From contig CAZTJK010000003.1 in NCBI GenBank assembly GCA_964613715.1, positions 7,322 to 71,321 on the forward strand: a DNA stretch of 64,000 nt, written 5' to 3'. This DNA comes from an uncultured Candidatus Saccharibacteria bacterium. GTDB lineage: Bacteria > Patescibacteriota > Minisyncoccia > Phycocordibacterales > GWA1-40-21. How positions within the stretch are numbered: position 1 is the stretch's first letter; the number at the start of each line of letters is the position of its first letter. Below the pieces are notes generated by a model, which saw nothing but the letters and a program-made list of their open reading frames with translations, was not told the origin of the DNA and did no database searches. The position numbers and the translations under genes are program-made. Below are positions 1-10,528 of this stretch, piece by piece.

Positions 1-27
1 TTTTTTACTGCGGCCACTGCCGGATGC

Positions 28-1470
28 ATGTCGGCGATTTTTATTGCTTCATTTTTTCATTTCGGATTTTCTTTTTTTCTTTTGATTGCGCTCTGTGCCA
101 TTGCCTGCGGTTTTTACCGTAAATTTTTCGCGCGTAGTGCGGCATCGCGTCATATTCTTCTCTGTCTTGCCATATTTCTCGCAGCTTTTTCTCTCGGCAC
201 ACTGTGCGCGGATATCAAGCACGCACATCCCGAGGCCGCTGTATTGTCCGACGTCATCGGTGCCCCTGTTTCATTTTCCGGCGTGATCGTCAGAGAACCC
301 CGGCAGACCGATTCGCGCACGCAGTCTGTCGTACATATCAGCAGCATGAATATCGGCAGCTCGACGAAAACCGTTTCTGCCAAGATACTCGTTGGCAGTG
401 GACTGTATCCGGAGCTTGCATACGGTGATTTCGTCTCGGTACACGGCACGCTCGAGCGGCCGAAGAATTTTTCCTCATTCGATTATCGGAGCTATCTGGC
501 CAAAGACGATATTGTGTACCAGGTCGATTTCGCGAGCGTTGCGATCGTCTCGCACGGAAACGGCAACCGCTTCATGCAATTCCTTTTTTCCATCAAGAAT
601 GCATTTCTCGACCGCCTGCGCCGTACGATCCATGAACCGGAGGCGGGACTTGCCTCCGGCATACTGCTCGGCACTGACAATGCGCTCGATGCGAGCACGA
701 CGGCCGCATTCCGCAGCGCCGGGCTGTCGCATATTGTCGCATTGTCGGGCTACAATATCACGATCGTCGCAAGTGCTATCGCAAGACTCTTTTCCTTTCT
801 GCCGAAAATTTATACTCTATCTCTCGGCGCTCTCGGTATCGTGCTCTTCGTGCTCATGTCGGGATCGTCTGCGACGGCGCTGCGTGCCGGCATCATGGCA
901 CTTGTCGTCATCCTTGCGCAGGCGTCCGGCAGGAAATACCAGATCGGCCGAGCACTTCTTTTTGCCGCGCTCGTCATGGTGCTGGCTAATCCTGACATTC
1001 TTGTTTTTGACCTATCCTTTCAGCTTTCATTTCTCGCTACGGTTGCCATCGTCTATATTGCGCCGATTCTCGAACGGAGCATGGTATTTCTGCCCGTGCG
1101 ATTCGGCATCCGCAATACTGTCGCCTCGACGCTTGCCGCAGAGCTTTTGGTGACTCCGCTTGTGCTCCACAGCATGGGCATGCTGTCGCTTGTCGCGGTC
1201 CTCGCGAATCTGTTCGTGTTGTTCCTCATTCCGGCTGTCATGCTTGCGAGCTTTTGTACTGGTCTCCTCGGTCTTTTGTGGCTGCCGCTCTCATTGCCAT
1301 TCGCGTGGATAGCATATGCATTGCTTGCCTATATTATTGCTGTCGTGGCCATATTTGCCCAGCTACCTTTTTCATCCATATCGATCACTTGGTTCTCATC
1401 AATGCTGATGATTCTTTCCTATGCATGTATCGGCGTATGGTTCTTTTCTCAAAAACATGAACATGCATAA
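28..1470 (+). CDS. comEC: ComEC/Rec2-family DNA internalisation channel, membrane part (DUF4131 plus competence domain)
   Basis: 480-aa polytopic membrane ORF. The motif LSHIVALSGYNITIV is typical of the ComEC competence domain. A separate MBL-domain ORF follows. Confidence 0.7.
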   Translation: MSAIFIASFFHFGFSFFLLIALCAIACGFYRKFFARSAASRHILLCLAIFLAAFSLGTLCADIKHAHPEAAVLSDVIGAPVSFSGVIVREPRQTDSRTQSVVHISSMNIGSSTKTVSAKILVGSGLYPELAYGDFVSVHGTLERPKNFSSFDYRSYLAKDDIVYQVDFASVAIVSHGNGNRFMQFLFSIKNAFLDRLRRTIHEPEAGLASGILLGTDNALDASTTAAFRSAGLSHIVALSGYNITIVASAIARLFSFLPKIYTLSLGALGIVLFVLMSGSSATALRAGIMALVVILAQASGRKYQIGRALLFAALVMVLANPDILVFDLSFQLSFLATVAIVYIAPILERSMVFLPVRFGIRNTVASTLAAELLVTPLVLHSMGMLSLVAVLANLFVLFLIPAVMLASFCTGLLGLLWLPLSLPFAWIAYALLAYIIAVVAIFAQLPFSSISITWFSSMLMILSYACIGVWFFSQKHEHA

Positions 1471-2263
1471 GCGATACATCACCTTTGCGATCCTTGCCTG
1501 CCTCTTTATCATTGCGCTTTTTGTCGCGTATGCTGTCTTTCGCGAAAGCGACCGAATGCTTCGCCTGACATTTTTACATGCGGGCGCGGGCGATGCGGTG
1601 CTCGTGCGCTCGCCGTCCGGGAACTATATACTGATCAATGCCGGAGCCGATGCATCCATTCTTCGCGCGCTCGGCCGCGCCCTGCCGTTTTATGTGCATA
1701 CGCTCGATCTTGTGATCACGACCGATCATGCAATTGGCCATATCGGTGGGCTGCCGAAAGTGCTCGATGCTTACGCCGTCAAACGGTATGTATCTCTTGG
1801 TAGTGCAGGAGATACTGTATCGCAAAGAGCAGCGCAGGAAATCATTGCAGCGAATCATATTGCTTCGGATACGCTGTATGAAGGTGACTCAATCAATCTT
1901 GGCGGCGGAGCCCGGCTTTCCGCGCTTTTTGTTGCCATGCAGGTACGGGCGCATGAGCAGTCGGTTGTGCAGCTTGCGTACGGGAAAACGCATGCCGCAT
2001 TTATTTCTGGACACATCGATCAATCTGCCATTCTCCGGCTGGGAATTCGGCTGCGAAGCGACATTGCTGACCTCAATACAATCGCAGTATTTTCTCCAGA
2101 GCTTTTTTCAGCGATCGCTCCGGCATATGTGATTGCACCATCGGGGACGAATTTTAATGCTTCAACCACGGATTTTTTCTCAACGCTCAAGACAGCCGTA
2201 ATCTCCACTGCTTCCGGCGAAGCGTCATTTTCCTCGGATGGAGAGGAATTTCAAGCCTTATAA
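1454..2263 (+). CDS. Metallo-beta-lactamase-fold protein with an N-terminal TM helix (the ComEC C-terminal nuclease-like domain, encoded separately)
   Basis: It lies in a different frame from the upstream ORF. The start ATG at 1454/1460 overlaps the upstream stop (ATGCATAA). The motif LTFLHAGAGDAVLV...TTDHAIGHIGG is a degenerate HxHxDH. An alternative start at 1421 is possible. Confidence 0.6.
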   Translation, partial: NMNMHKRYITFAILACLFIIALFVAYAVFRESDRMLRLTFLHAGAGDAVLVRSPSGNYILINAGADASILRALGRALPFYVHTLDLVITTDHAIGHIGGLPKVLDAYAVKRYVSLGSAGDTVSQRAAQEIIAANHIASDTLYEGDSINLGGGARLSALFVAMQVRAHEQSVVQLAYGKTHAAFISGHIDQSAILRLGIRLRSDIADLNTIAVFSPELFSAIAPAYVIAPSGTNFNASTTDFFSTLKTAVISTASGEASFSSDGEEFQAL

Positions 2264-2374
2264 TCAAACACATTTTCGTGTCCACAGCCACTGTTGTCTT
2301 TTTGAGGCTCTGGTATATAATTTTCCTTACAAACTCTTACGAGTGTATTTATTAGTTAATTATAGATAATCACA

Positions 2375-2782
2375 ATGGATGAAATGAAAAACAAAGGTGC
2401 AGGATCGGTCTTTCTCGGTCTTGTCATCGGCGTCATTATCGGCGTTGGCGGCCTGTGGACGTGGAATCACTTCTACGGCGGCTCGTCGCAGTCAGCGGTG
2501 ACCCAGGCGAACCAGGCCCAGGTCAAAGACCTGATCGCGAAGGTCGGAAAGCTCGTTATCTTGCCGACAGGCGAAGAGCCGGTCGTCGCAACGATCAACG
2601 ATGCCGCATCGCTCATCAAGCAGCAGGCATTCTACACGGGCGCGATCAATGGCGATGCTGTCCTTGTCTATCAGAAGGCGGCAAAGGCATTTGTCTATTC
2701 TCCGTCACGCAATATCGTCGTGAACGTCGGTCCAGTCTTCTTGCAGAATCAGCAGGCAGCAGCGACTTCCACGAAGAAATAA
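2375..2782 (+). CDS. hypothetical membrane-anchored protein
   Basis: 135-aa ORF with an N-terminal TM helix (VFLGLVIGVIIGVGGLW). It lies between the extended -10 TGgTATAtAAT at about 2313 and a terminator. Confidence 0.45.
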   Translation: MDEMKNKGAGSVFLGLVIGVIIGVGGLWTWNHFYGGSSQSAVTQANQAQVKDLIAKVGKLVILPTGEEPVVATINDAASLIKQQAFYTGAINGDAVLVYQKAAKAFVYSPSRNIVVNVGPVFLQNQQAAATSTKK

Positions 2783-2804
2783 ACCCTGAACGCAGGGAAA
2801 ACAA

Positions 2805-2840
2805 AAAGCCGGCTCGCTATGTGAGCCGGCTTTTTGTTTG
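2805..2840. terminator. bidirectional rho-independent terminator
   Basis: The hairpin aaagccggctcgctatgtgagccggcttttt sits between convergent genes. Confidence 0.6.
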
Positions 2841-2850
2841 TATTATTTTT

Positions 2851-3093
2851 TTAGATAATGCCCGCCTTGTGGAGGGTGGCGTATGCACCGTTCTTTTGGA
2901 TGGTCTTGATAGCGCGGGTGGAGAGCGTGAGCACGAAGGTTTTCTTCAATTCCGGGACATATACGCGCTTTTTCTGGAGATTGACGTATTTGCGGATCTT
3001 GCCGGTAGGGTTAAATTGCGTGGCGCGGGTTCTGTTCGAGTAGCCGCCTCCCATGATTGATCGCTTATTGGTGATTGCGCATGCTTTTGCCAT
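2851..3093 (-). CDS. rpmB: 50S ribosomal protein L28
   Basis: The 80-aa sequence MAKACAITNKR...NRTRATQFNP...VYVPELKKTFVLTLSTRAIKTIQKNG matches the bL28 family. Confidence 0.85.
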   Translation of the reverse strand: MAKACAITNKRSIMGGGYSNRTRATQFNPTGKIRKYVNLQKKRVYVPELKKTFVLTLSTRAIKTIQKNGAYATLHKAGII

Positions 3094-3141
3094 AGGTCTC
3101 GTATGCTATCATAGACGAAGCAGGAAGGCAACAGAAATCAT

Positions 3142-3744
3142 ATGATCATCATTTTCCAGATCCTCATCCTCATCTTTTCAGTCATGATACATGAAGTCTC
3201 CCATGGCCTTATGGCTCTTTCCTTCGGCGATCATACGGCGGAATACGAGGGAAGATTGACGCTGAATCCCGCAAAGCACATCGACATATTCGGCTCTATC
3301 ATCCTGCCATTTCTGCTGTTTATTACGGGCGCCGGCTTCATGATCGGCTGGGCAAAGCCGGTGCCATACAATGTCTATAATCTCCGCAATCGCACTATCG
3401 CCGAGCCGCTTGTCGCGCTTGCCGGCCCGCTGTCCAATCTCCTTATTGCTCTTTTCTTCGGCTTATTCATTCGTTTCATTACCCCGTCGGGAGCATTGCT
3501 CGAGATTGCAACCATCATCGTCATACTGAATATCAGCCTTGCCGTATTTAACCTCATCCCGATACCGCCGCTTGATGGTTCCAAGGTGCTTTTTTCGATA
3601 TTGCCTATCGGTGGCCGCTTCGTTTTTTCGCAATTTGCCGAAACATACGGCCTCTTGATCCTCATTCTGCTTGTCGGCTTTCTGCCGCGCCTCGTCATGC
3701 CGATTGTCAGTTTTCTCTTCAAGCTGATAACTGGACTTTCCTGA
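3142..3744 (+). CDS. site-2 protease family zinc metalloprotease (peptidase M50)
   Basis: It has the HEVSHG (HExxH) motif in TM1 and NLIPIPPLDGSKVL (the LDG motif), with a polytopic membrane topology. Confidence 0.75.
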   Translation: MIIIFQILILIFSVMIHEVSHGLMALSFGDHTAEYEGRLTLNPAKHIDIFGSIILPFLLFITGAGFMIGWAKPVPYNVYNLRNRTIAEPLVALAGPLSNLLIALFFGLFIRFITPSGALLEIATIIVILNISLAVFNLIPIPPLDGSKVLFSILPIGGRFVFSQFAETYGLLILILLVGFLPRLVMPIVSFLFKLITGLS

Positions 3745-3940
3745 GCTGGTGGATTGTCTTGCTATTTTCAACCGTTTGTATTATTATCGCTCTGACATTA
3801 GCTACTGGCTGTACGCAGTGTTCCTCCGCTTCCGGCGGATGAGTTCCAGAAGGAAAGAGTTGCGGGAATGTTCCACCCAAAATCACGGGACGTTTCTGTG
3901 ATTTTTTTGTTTTCATTTATCAAAGATAGTTTTATTCGAT

Positions 3941-4360
3941 ATGCCAACCATCAATCAGCTGATCAAACGAAATCGAAAGACGGCAAAGCGCAAGCCGAAG
4001 TCGGTAGCGCTCATGCGCGGTTTCAACACGCTTGAAAACCGCCCGACATACTTGAACTCTCCGTTCAAGCGCGGCGTCTGCATCAAAGTGACGACGAAGA
4101 CCCCGAAGAAGCCGAACTCCGCTATCCGCAAGATCGCGAGGGTGCGCCTTTCGAATGGCATGGAAGTCACCGCCTATATCCCGGGCATGGGCCATACGCT
4201 CCAGGAGCACTCGGTGGTATTGCTTCGCGGCGGCCGTGTGAAAGACGTCGGCCTTCGCTATCAGATCGTCCGCGGCGTCCTTGATGCGACGGGCGTGGAA
4301 GGTCGCAGAAAAGATAGAAGCTCGTACGGCGCGAAAAAGCCGAAAGCAGCCGGTAAGTAA
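3941..4360 (+). CDS. rpsL: 30S ribosomal protein S12
   Basis: The sequence [10 protein letters not shown]...[19 protein letters not shown]...[20 protein letters not shown] is canonical uS12. Confidence 0.97.
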   Translation: MPTINQLIKRNRKTAKRKPKSVALMRGFNTLENRPTYLNSPFKRGVCIKVTTKTPKKPNSAIRKIARVRLSNGMEVTAYIPGMGHTLQEHSVVLLRGGRVKDVGLRYQIVRGVLDATGVEGRRKDRSSYGAKKPKAAGK

Positions 4361-4379
4361 TTTTCCCCTCTCAAATCCT

Positions 4380-4850
4380 ATGCGCAGAAAACTCAAAACA
4401 AAGCAACCGCTGAAGCCAGACTACAAATATCAGTCGGAAAAGATCGCGAAGCTCGTCAACTACGTCATGTATGACGGCAAGAAGTCCGTCGCAGAACGCG
4501 CCGTCTATGACATGCTCGAACTCATCAAGGAAAAAGCCAAAGTGAAGAATCCTGTCGAGGTCGTGGAATTGGCATTGTCCAATACCGCGCCGAATATGGA
4601 AGTCCGCTCCAAGCGTGTCGGCGGCGCCAATTACCAGGTGCCGATGGAAGTTCGCCCGGCTCGTCGATCCGCACTCTCCATGAAATGGATCGTCGAAGCA
4701 GCTCGCTCGAAAAAGGGTGCAGCGATTGCGGAAAAACTCTCAAACGAAATCATCGCAGCCTCGAAGAACGAAGGTGAAGCAGTGAAGAAGAAGGAGAACG
4801 TGCACAAGATGGCAGAGGCGAACAAGGCCTTCGCCCATTTCGCCTGGTAA
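4380..4850 (+). CDS. rpsG: 30S ribosomal protein S7
   Basis: MRRKLKTKQPLKPDYKYQSEKIAKLVNYVMYDGKKSVAER... matches the uS7 family. The start ATG at 4380 lies just after the rpsL stop. The ORF-track start at 4281 overlaps rpsL in another frame. Confidence 0.92.
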   Translation: MRRKLKTKQPLKPDYKYQSEKIAKLVNYVMYDGKKSVAERAVYDMLELIKEKAKVKNPVEVVELALSNTAPNMEVRSKRVGGANYQVPMEVRPARRSALSMKWIVEAARSKKGAAIAEKLSNEIIAASKNEGEAVKKKENVHKMAEANKAFAHFAW

Positions 4851-4997
4851 TTTTTCTTCAAATTTTCGCGCCTCGCTTCGTTGCCGAAAAAATTTCCTCC
4901 CGCGCAGTACTCCGGTACAGCTTGGTCGCAAATTTTTTCGGCGCCTGGCGATCCATCGAAAATTTTTTGAAAAATAGCAACATTACAACGTACAAGC

Positions 4998-5003
4998 TAT
5001 AAT
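4998..5003 (+). promoter_or_regulatory. -10 box TATAAT 6 nt upstream of the fusA ATG (leaderless arrangement)
   Basis: The sequence is gcTATAATcacattATG. Phased A/T tracts lie upstream at 4860-4980. Confidence 0.35.
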
Positions 5004-5009
5004 CACATT

Positions 5010-7175
5010 ATGAAACGAGATTATCCATTAGAAAAAGTACGCAATTTCGGTATTATCGCCCATATCGACGCAGGCAAGACGACGGTGTCGGAGCGCATTC
5101 TCTTCTATACCGGTTCGCAGCATAAGATCGGCGAAGTGCATGAAGGTGCGACGACGACCGACTGGATGGAACAGGAACGCGAGCGCGGCATTACGATCAC
5201 GTCGGCTGCCATCACCTGCTTCTGGAACCCGTCGTACATGCCGAAGGAGGACATTTCGAAAAAAGTCCGATTCAATATCATCGACACGCCGGGACACATC
5301 GACTTCACCGCAGAGGTGAAGCGCTCTCTTCGCGTGCTCGACGGCGCAGTCGTCGTGTTCGACGGCGTTGCCGGCGTGGAACCGCAGTCCGAGACCAACT
5401 GGCGCTATGCCGATGAAGGCAAAGTGCCGCGCATCTGTCTGATTAATAAATTGGACCGCACGGGCGGCTCATTCGAGCGCTCGTACCAGTCCATTCTCGA
5501 ACGCTTGACCAAAAATGCAGTAAGAATGCAATTGCCGATCGGCGCAGAATCCGATTTCAAGGGTCTCGTCGACCTGATGAAGATGAAAGCGTATTACTTC
5601 GAAGGCTCGATGGGCGAGAAAATCGTCGAGGGGGAAATTCCTGCCGAGATGATGGATGATGCAAAGAAATACCGCATCGAGCTCGTGGAGAAGATTGCCG
5701 GTGAGGATGAGAAGCTCATGACTGAATACCTCGAAGGCAAGGAGATTCCGCTCGCTGATTTGAAAGCAGCGCTCCGCAAGGCGACGATCGCAAACACCAT
5801 CGTACCGGTCTTTACCGGTTCTGCACTCAAGAACAAGGGCGTGCAGCTTACACTCGACGCCGTTGTCGACTATCTGCCATCTCCGCTCGATATTCCTCCA
5901 GTCAAAGGCGTGAACCCGAAGAATGGGGAAGAAATCGTCCGCCATGCATCCGATGCCGAGCCGTTCTGCGCCCTTGCATTCAAGCTCCAGAATGACCCGT
6001 TCGTAGGCCAGCTGACGTACTTCCGCGTATACTCAGGCAGCATCAGTGCCGGTACGTATATTTATAATTCAACGACGGGCGACCGTGAGCGCCTTGGCCG
6101 CATCGTGCGCATGCACGCAAACGATCGCGAAGACGTGGAAACCGTCTTTGCCGGAGAAATCGCGGCAGCCGTAGGACTCAAGAGCGCGAAGACCTCGCAT
6201 ACCTTCTGTGATGAAGCGAATCCGATCATTCTCGACCAGATCGTCTTCCCAGAGCCGGTCATTTCGCTCAGAATCGAGCCGAAGACGAAGGCTGACCAGG
6301 AAAAGATGGGCCTCGCGCTCAAGAAATTGTCCGACGAGGATCCGACATTCAAGATTAAGTCTGATTCTGAGACTGGCGAGACCGTCATGATGGGTATGGG
6401 CGAACTCCATTTGGAAATTCTCGTCGATCGCATGAAGCGCGAATTCAATGTGGAAGCGAATATCGGCAAGCCACAGGTCGCTTACAAGGAAACCATTACG
6501 GGCGAAGCAGAGAAGGAAGAGAAATACATCAAACAGACAGGCGGCAAGGGCCAATACGGCCATGTGCTCATCAAGATCAAGCCAATGGAGAAGCTTGAAG
6601 AGGGAGCCAAGATCCCGAAGAACGTCAAGCGCTACGACGAGTTCGAGTTCATCGACTCGATCAAGGGCGGCGTCATCCCGCAGGAATTCATCCCAGCCGT
6701 TGAAAAGGGCGTTCGCGAAGCAATGGAGCGCGGTATTGTTGCCGGCTACAAGATGGTGAATGTCTCGTGCGAACTGACATTCGGTTCCTATCACGATGTC
6801 GACTCGTCGGAAATTGCCTACAAGATCGCCGCGTCCCAGGCATTTCAGGATGCTGCGAAGCGCGCGCGGCCGGTCATTCTCGAGCCGATCATGAAAGTGG
6901 AAGTCGTCACCCCGGAGAAATTCATGGGCGATGTGTCAGGATCAATCAATTCACGCCGCGGACAGATCACGGAAATGTTTGATCGCGGTATGAACAAGGT
7001 CATCCGCGCGAACGTACCGCTCGCCGAAATGTTCGGCTACGTCACGACACTCCGCTCGATTTCCGAGGGTCGCGCATCATCAACCATGGAATTCGGCCAG
7101 TACGAGATCGTGCCGCCGAATGTGGCCAAATCGATCATCGAGGCTCGCGGGGTTACCTCCCAGCGCGTTTCGTAA
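5010..7175 (+). CDS. fusA: elongation factor G
   Basis: [10 protein letters not shown]-domain motifs, 721 aa, EF-G family throughout. Confidence 0.97.
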   Translation: MKRDYPLEKVRNFGIIAHIDAGKTTVSERILFYTGSQHKIGEVHEGATTTDWMEQERERGITITSAAITCFWNPSYMPKEDISKKVRFNIIDTPGHIDFTAEVKRSLRVLDGAVVVFDGVAGVEPQSETNWRYADEGKVPRICLINKLDRTGGSFERSYQSILERLTKNAVRMQLPIGAESDFKGLVDLMKMKAYYFEGSMGEKIVEGEIPAEMMDDAKKYRIELVEKIAGEDEKLMTEYLEGKEIPLADLKAALRKATIANTIVPVFTGSALKNKGVQLTLDAVVDYLPSPLDIPPVKGVNPKNGEEIVRHASDAEPFCALAFKLQNDPFVGQLTYFRVYSGSISAGTYIYNSTTGDRERLGRIVRMHANDREDVETVFAGEIAAAVGLKSAKTSHTFCDEANPIILDQIVFPEPVISLRIEPKTKADQEKMGLALKKLSDEDPTFKIKSDSETGETVMMGMGELHLEILVDRMKREFNVEANIGKPQVAYKETITGEAEKEEKYIKQTGGKGQYGHVLIKIKPMEKLEEGAKIPKNVKRYDEFEFIDSIKGGVIPQEFIPAVEKGVREAMERGIVAGYKMVNVSCELTFGSYHDVDSSEIAYKIAASQAFQDAAKRARPVILEPIMKVEVVTPEKFMGDVSGSINSRRGQITEMFDRGMNKVIRANVPLAEMFGYVTTLRSISEGRASSTMEFGQYEIVPPNVAKSIIEARGVTSQRVS

Positions 7176-7192
7176 GAGACGCTCAATGCAGA

Positions 7193-7229
7193 AAACAGCC
7201 GGCCGCACAAAGCGCGGCCGGCTGTTTTC
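7193..7229 (+). terminator. rho-independent terminator after fusA
   Basis: aaacagccggccgcacaaagcgcggccggctgttttc. Confidence 0.6.
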
Positions 7230-7234
7230 ATTAT

Positions 7235-7263
7235 TTGACGTTTCCAACCTCATTTGCTACTAT
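7235..7263 (+). promoter_or_regulatory. sigma70-like promoter (TTGACG-17-TACTAT) for tuf
   Basis: Consensus-like hexamers with a 17-bp spacer. A 5' UTR of about 175 nt follows. Confidence 0.5.
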
Positions 7264-7444
7264 AGCGAAACGCACTGCGCTTTTTTCTTTTGTCCGGTTT
7301 TGGGCAAAAGTAGCGCAACGTTGCAAGTCGTAATTTACAAGTTTCCCAGTCCGCCCATGCGGCGAATGATGGGAGTAATCATATCTATTGGTTTTCGAGG
7401 CAGAGCCAATCTCGCGCGCTCCGCTTCAAAAATCAAAAAAACAT

Positions 7445-8647
7445 ATGGCAGAATTTTTGAGAGACAAACCGCACGTAAACGTCGGCACCATCGGTCACAT
7501 TGACCACGGCAAGACGACCCTTACCGCGGCTATTACCCATGTCCAGTCTTTGAAGGGCCTGGCAAATCAGATCGCCTACGATCAGGTCGCGAAAGCCTCC
7601 GAATCAGCAGGCCGCCGCGACGCATCGAAGATCATCACGATCGCGATCTCGCACGTTGAATACTCGTCAGACACGAGACACTATGCGCATGTGGACTGCC
7701 CAGGACACGCTGACTATGTGAAGAACATGATCACGGGTGCCGCCCAGATGGACGGTGCTATCCTCGTGGTATCCGCAGTCGACGGCCCGATGCCGCAGAC
7801 CCGCGAACACATCCTGCTTGCAAAGCAGGTTGGTGTGCCGAAGATCGTCGTCTTCCTCAACAAGTGCGATCTCGTCACCGATAAGGACCTTCTCGACCTC
7901 GTCGAGTCGGAAATCCGCGACCTTTTGACCAAGTATGGCTTTGACGGTGCAAATGCTCCGATCATCCGCGGTTCGGCAACCGGCGCTCTTGCAGCGACCA
8001 AGGCCGATGATGCGGGTGCAGCTTGCATCACTGAGCTTATGAAGGCGCTCGACACCTATATCCCGCTTCCAACACGCGATATCGACAAGCCATTCCTCAT
8101 GCCGATCGAAGACATCTTCTCCATTGAAGGTCGTGGCACCGTGGTTACGGGCAGAATCGAGCGTGGTCAGGTGAAAGTCGGTGAGGAAGTTGAAATCGTA
8201 GGTATCAAGCCGACGACAAAGACGACCATTACCGGTATCGAAATGTTCAACAAGCAGCTCCAGAGCGGCATGGCCGGCGACAATGCAGGCGTGCTCCTCC
8301 GCGGCACCAAGAAAGAGGATGTGCACCGCGGCCAGGTTCTTGCCAAGGCAGGAACGGTCACCCCGCACACCGAATTCGAGGCAGAAGTCTATGTCTTGAA
8401 GAAAGAAGAAGGAGGCCGCCATACGCCATTCTTCTCCGGCTACAAGCCGCAGTTCTACATGAGAACGACTGACGTTACTGGCGACGTGACCCTCGCATCA
8501 GGCGTGGAAATGGTCATGCCAGGCGACACCGTGACCTTCAAGGTCAAGCTCGTCGCTCCGGTCGCTCTTGAAGAGAAGATGCGCTTCGCATTCCGCGAAG
8601 GCGGCAAGACTGTCGGTTCCGGCGTTATCACGAAAGTCATCGCCTAA
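7445..8647 (+). CDS. tuf: elongation factor Tu
   Basis: [26 protein letters not shown]...[10 protein letters not shown]. The ATG at 7445 is preferred over the longer track ORF. Confidence 0.97.
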   Translation: MAEFLRDKPHVNVGTIGHIDHGKTTLTAAITHVQSLKGLANQIAYDQVAKASESAGRRDASKIITIAISHVEYSSDTRHYAHVDCPGHADYVKNMITGAAQMDGAILVVSAVDGPMPQTREHILLAKQVGVPKIVVFLNKCDLVTDKDLLDLVESEIRDLLTKYGFDGANAPIIRGSATGALAATKADDAGAACITELMKALDTYIPLPTRDIDKPFLMPIEDIFSIEGRGTVVTGRIERGQVKVGEEVEIVGIKPTTKTTITGIEMFNKQLQSGMAGDNAGVLLRGTKKEDVHRGQVLAKAGTVTPHTEFEAEVYVLKKEEGGRHTPFFSGYKPQFYMRTTDVTGDVTLASGVEMVMPGDTVTFKVKLVAPVALEEKMRFAFREGGKTVGSGVITKVIA

Positions 8648-8682
8648 CCGACCGGGTGCTTGCACCCACCACAGAGCTCTTT

Positions 8683-9078
8683 ATGGAAAAAACAGCAGCA
8701 AAAAAGAATACAGCAAAGACCGCTGCGGCATCCAAAGTAAAAATGCCGAAAATGCCGGCAAAAGCCGACGCAACTTCGATCTTGCGCATCCGCGTCCGCG
8801 CGTATGATTCCAAGATCCTTGATGCGTCTGTAAAGCAGATCATTGAAACAGCGCTCCGCCACGACGCACAAGTCGTTGGTCCGGTGCCGCTTCCGACGGA
8901 AATCAAGAAATATACGGTCAACCGTGCGTCATTCGTCTACAAAAATGCGCGAGAGCAGTTTGAGATGAGGATACACCGCCGCTTGATCGATATTGTGAAT
9001 CCTTCGGCCAAAGTGATCGAGGCGCTCACCAACATGAGCTTGCCGTCCGGCGTGAACATTGATGTGAAGATGAACTAA
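8683..9078 (+). CDS. rpsJ: 30S ribosomal protein S10 with a Lys/Ala-rich N-terminal extension
   Basis: The core ILRIRVRAYDSKILD...RRLIDIVNPSAKVIEALT is uS10. About 30 extra N-terminal residues are present. Confidence 0.9.
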   Translation: MEKTAAKKNTAKTAAASKVKMPKMPAKADATSILRIRVRAYDSKILDASVKQIIETALRHDAQVVGPVPLPTEIKKYTVNRASFVYKNAREQFEMRIHRRLIDIVNPSAKVIEALTNMSLPSGVNIDVKMN

Positions 9079-9150
9079 GTGCGTATACCAGGGGCATGAT
9101 CCCGCACGCAAGAGCCTTGCGCGCGGGATCCTCTGCCATTAACGAAATCT

Positions 9151-9756
9151 ATGAAATTTACACTCGGGACAAAACAGAATATGACCCAGATCTTCGACGA
9201 GAACGGCACCGTCCACCCGGTGACCATCCTTGCCGCAGGACCTTTGACCGTCACCCAGGTCAAGACAAAAGATACCGACGGCTATGATGCCGTACAGGTC
9301 GCGTTCGGCATGCGCAAGGAGAAGAATATCTCCAAGGCAGTGCTCGGGCATCTGAAAGGCGTGCATGCGCGATTCATAAAGGAATTCCACACGGCGGATA
9401 CGTCGAAATTCAAAGTCGGCGATACGATTGACCTGTCTTCATTCACGATCGGCGACACGATCGAAGTGTCTGCCATCTCGAAAGGCAAGGGACATCAGTC
9501 GGTCATCAAGCGCCACGGTTTCCATGGCCAGCCACGAAGCCACGGCCAGAAGCATTCGGAAAACGCGCCGGGTTCCATCGGCGGCGGCTTGCGCAACAAG
9601 GTGCCGAAAGGCATGCGCATGGCTGGCCGCATGGGCGGGGAGCGCGTAACCGTGAAGAATTTGAAAGTCCTTGGCGTCGACAAGGAAGCGAATCAGATCC
9701 TCGTCGGCGGCGCAGTGCCGGGACGACGGGGAACGCTTGTCGAAGTGCGCGGCTAA
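9151..9756 (+). CDS. rplC: 50S ribosomal protein L3
   Basis: MKFTLGTKQNMTQIFDENG...FHGQPRSHGQKH matches uL3. Confidence 0.95.
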   Translation: MKFTLGTKQNMTQIFDENGTVHPVTILAAGPLTVTQVKTKDTDGYDAVQVAFGMRKEKNISKAVLGHLKGVHARFIKEFHTADTSKFKVGDTIDLSSFTIGDTIEVSAISKGKGHQSVIKRHGFHGQPRSHGQKHSENAPGSIGGGLRNKVPKGMRMAGRMGGERVTVKNLKVLGVDKEANQILVGGAVPGRRGTLVEVRG

Positions 9757-9767
9757 CCCTTACTACC

Positions 9768-10523
9768 ATGGAAAAAACTATGAAAAAAACAGAAACAGCG
9801 TCGGTGAAAAAGGTGAAAGCAGCGCCAAAGAAAGCGGCAGCAACATCAGCATCCGAAGCGCCGGTCTATAACCAGAGCGGCAAAGAAGTCGGCACCGTCA
9901 AATTGCCGGCAGCAGTGTTTGGCTTGTCATGGAATGCAGACTTGGTCCACCAGGTCGTCTATTCCATGCTCTCCGACCGACGCGTCACCTACGCGCATAC
10001 CAAAGGCCGCGGCGAAGTCCGCGGCGGCGGCAAGAAGCCCTGGAAGCAGAAAGGCACCGGCCGAGCACGCCACGGTTCTACCCGTTCGCCGATCTGGGTC
10101 GGCGGCGGCGTTGCGCATGGTCCGAATAATCTGAAAAATTATGAGCGCAAGATCAACAAGAAGATGAAGATCAAGGCGCTCTATACGATCCTTTCGAAGA
10201 AATTGAAGGATGGCGAAGTGCTCTTTGTCGATGCGCTTTCGATCGCAAAGCCGAAGACCGTAGACGCGCTTGCGATCCTTACCTCGCTTTCGAAGGTCAA
10301 GACCGCTTCCGATATTCTTTCGAAGAAAAAGAATAGCGCACTCATTGCGACCGCAGCAAAGAGCCCGGTCGTCGAAATGAGCTTTGCCAATATCGGCAAC
10401 GTCAAAGTCGACGAGCTTCGCAATATCAATCCGGTCGACCTCATGAATCTCAAATACGTCGTCATTGAGAATCCGGCCGAATCGGTGAAATTTATCGAGT
10501 CTAAGATGGCAAAGGCCAAATAA
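9768..10523 (+). CDS. rplD: 50S ribosomal protein L4 with an N-terminal extension
   Basis: [32 protein letters not shown] is the uL4 signature. Confidence 0.93.
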   Translation: MEKTMKKTETASVKKVKAAPKKAAATSASEAPVYNQSGKEVGTVKLPAAVFGLSWNADLVHQVVYSMLSDRRVTYAHTKGRGEVRGGGKKPWKQKGTGRARHGSTRSPIWVGGGVAHGPNNLKNYERKINKKMKIKALYTILSKKLKDGEVLFVDALSIAKPKTVDALAILTSLSKVKTASDILSKKKNSALIATAAKSPVVEMSFANIGNVKVDELRNINPVDLMNLKYVVIENPAESVKFIESKMAKAK

Positions 10524-10528
10524 ATCCC

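Noticed and set aside
392-1153. A 253-aa plus-strand ORF in an alternate frame within comEC
   Set aside because: It is an Arg/Ser-rich alternate-frame translation of the ComEC membrane gene and is spurious.
4281-4379. An N-terminal extension of rpsG in the ORF track that overlaps rpsL
   Set aside because: The conserved S7 N-terminus begins at MRRKLK (4380), immediately after the rpsL stop. The upstream part is an out-of-frame read-through of rpsL.
6069-6794. A 241-aa minus-strand ORF, and several others of 130-290 aa (7667-8422, 23861-24724, 24734-25387, 38894-39637, 40560-41369, 55007-55765, 5469-5945)
   Set aside because: All lie antisense inside strongly supported genes: fusA, tuf, ftsH, pilB, pilT and prfB. 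They have low-complexity or Arg/His-rich translations typical of GC-rich antisense frames. They are spurious.
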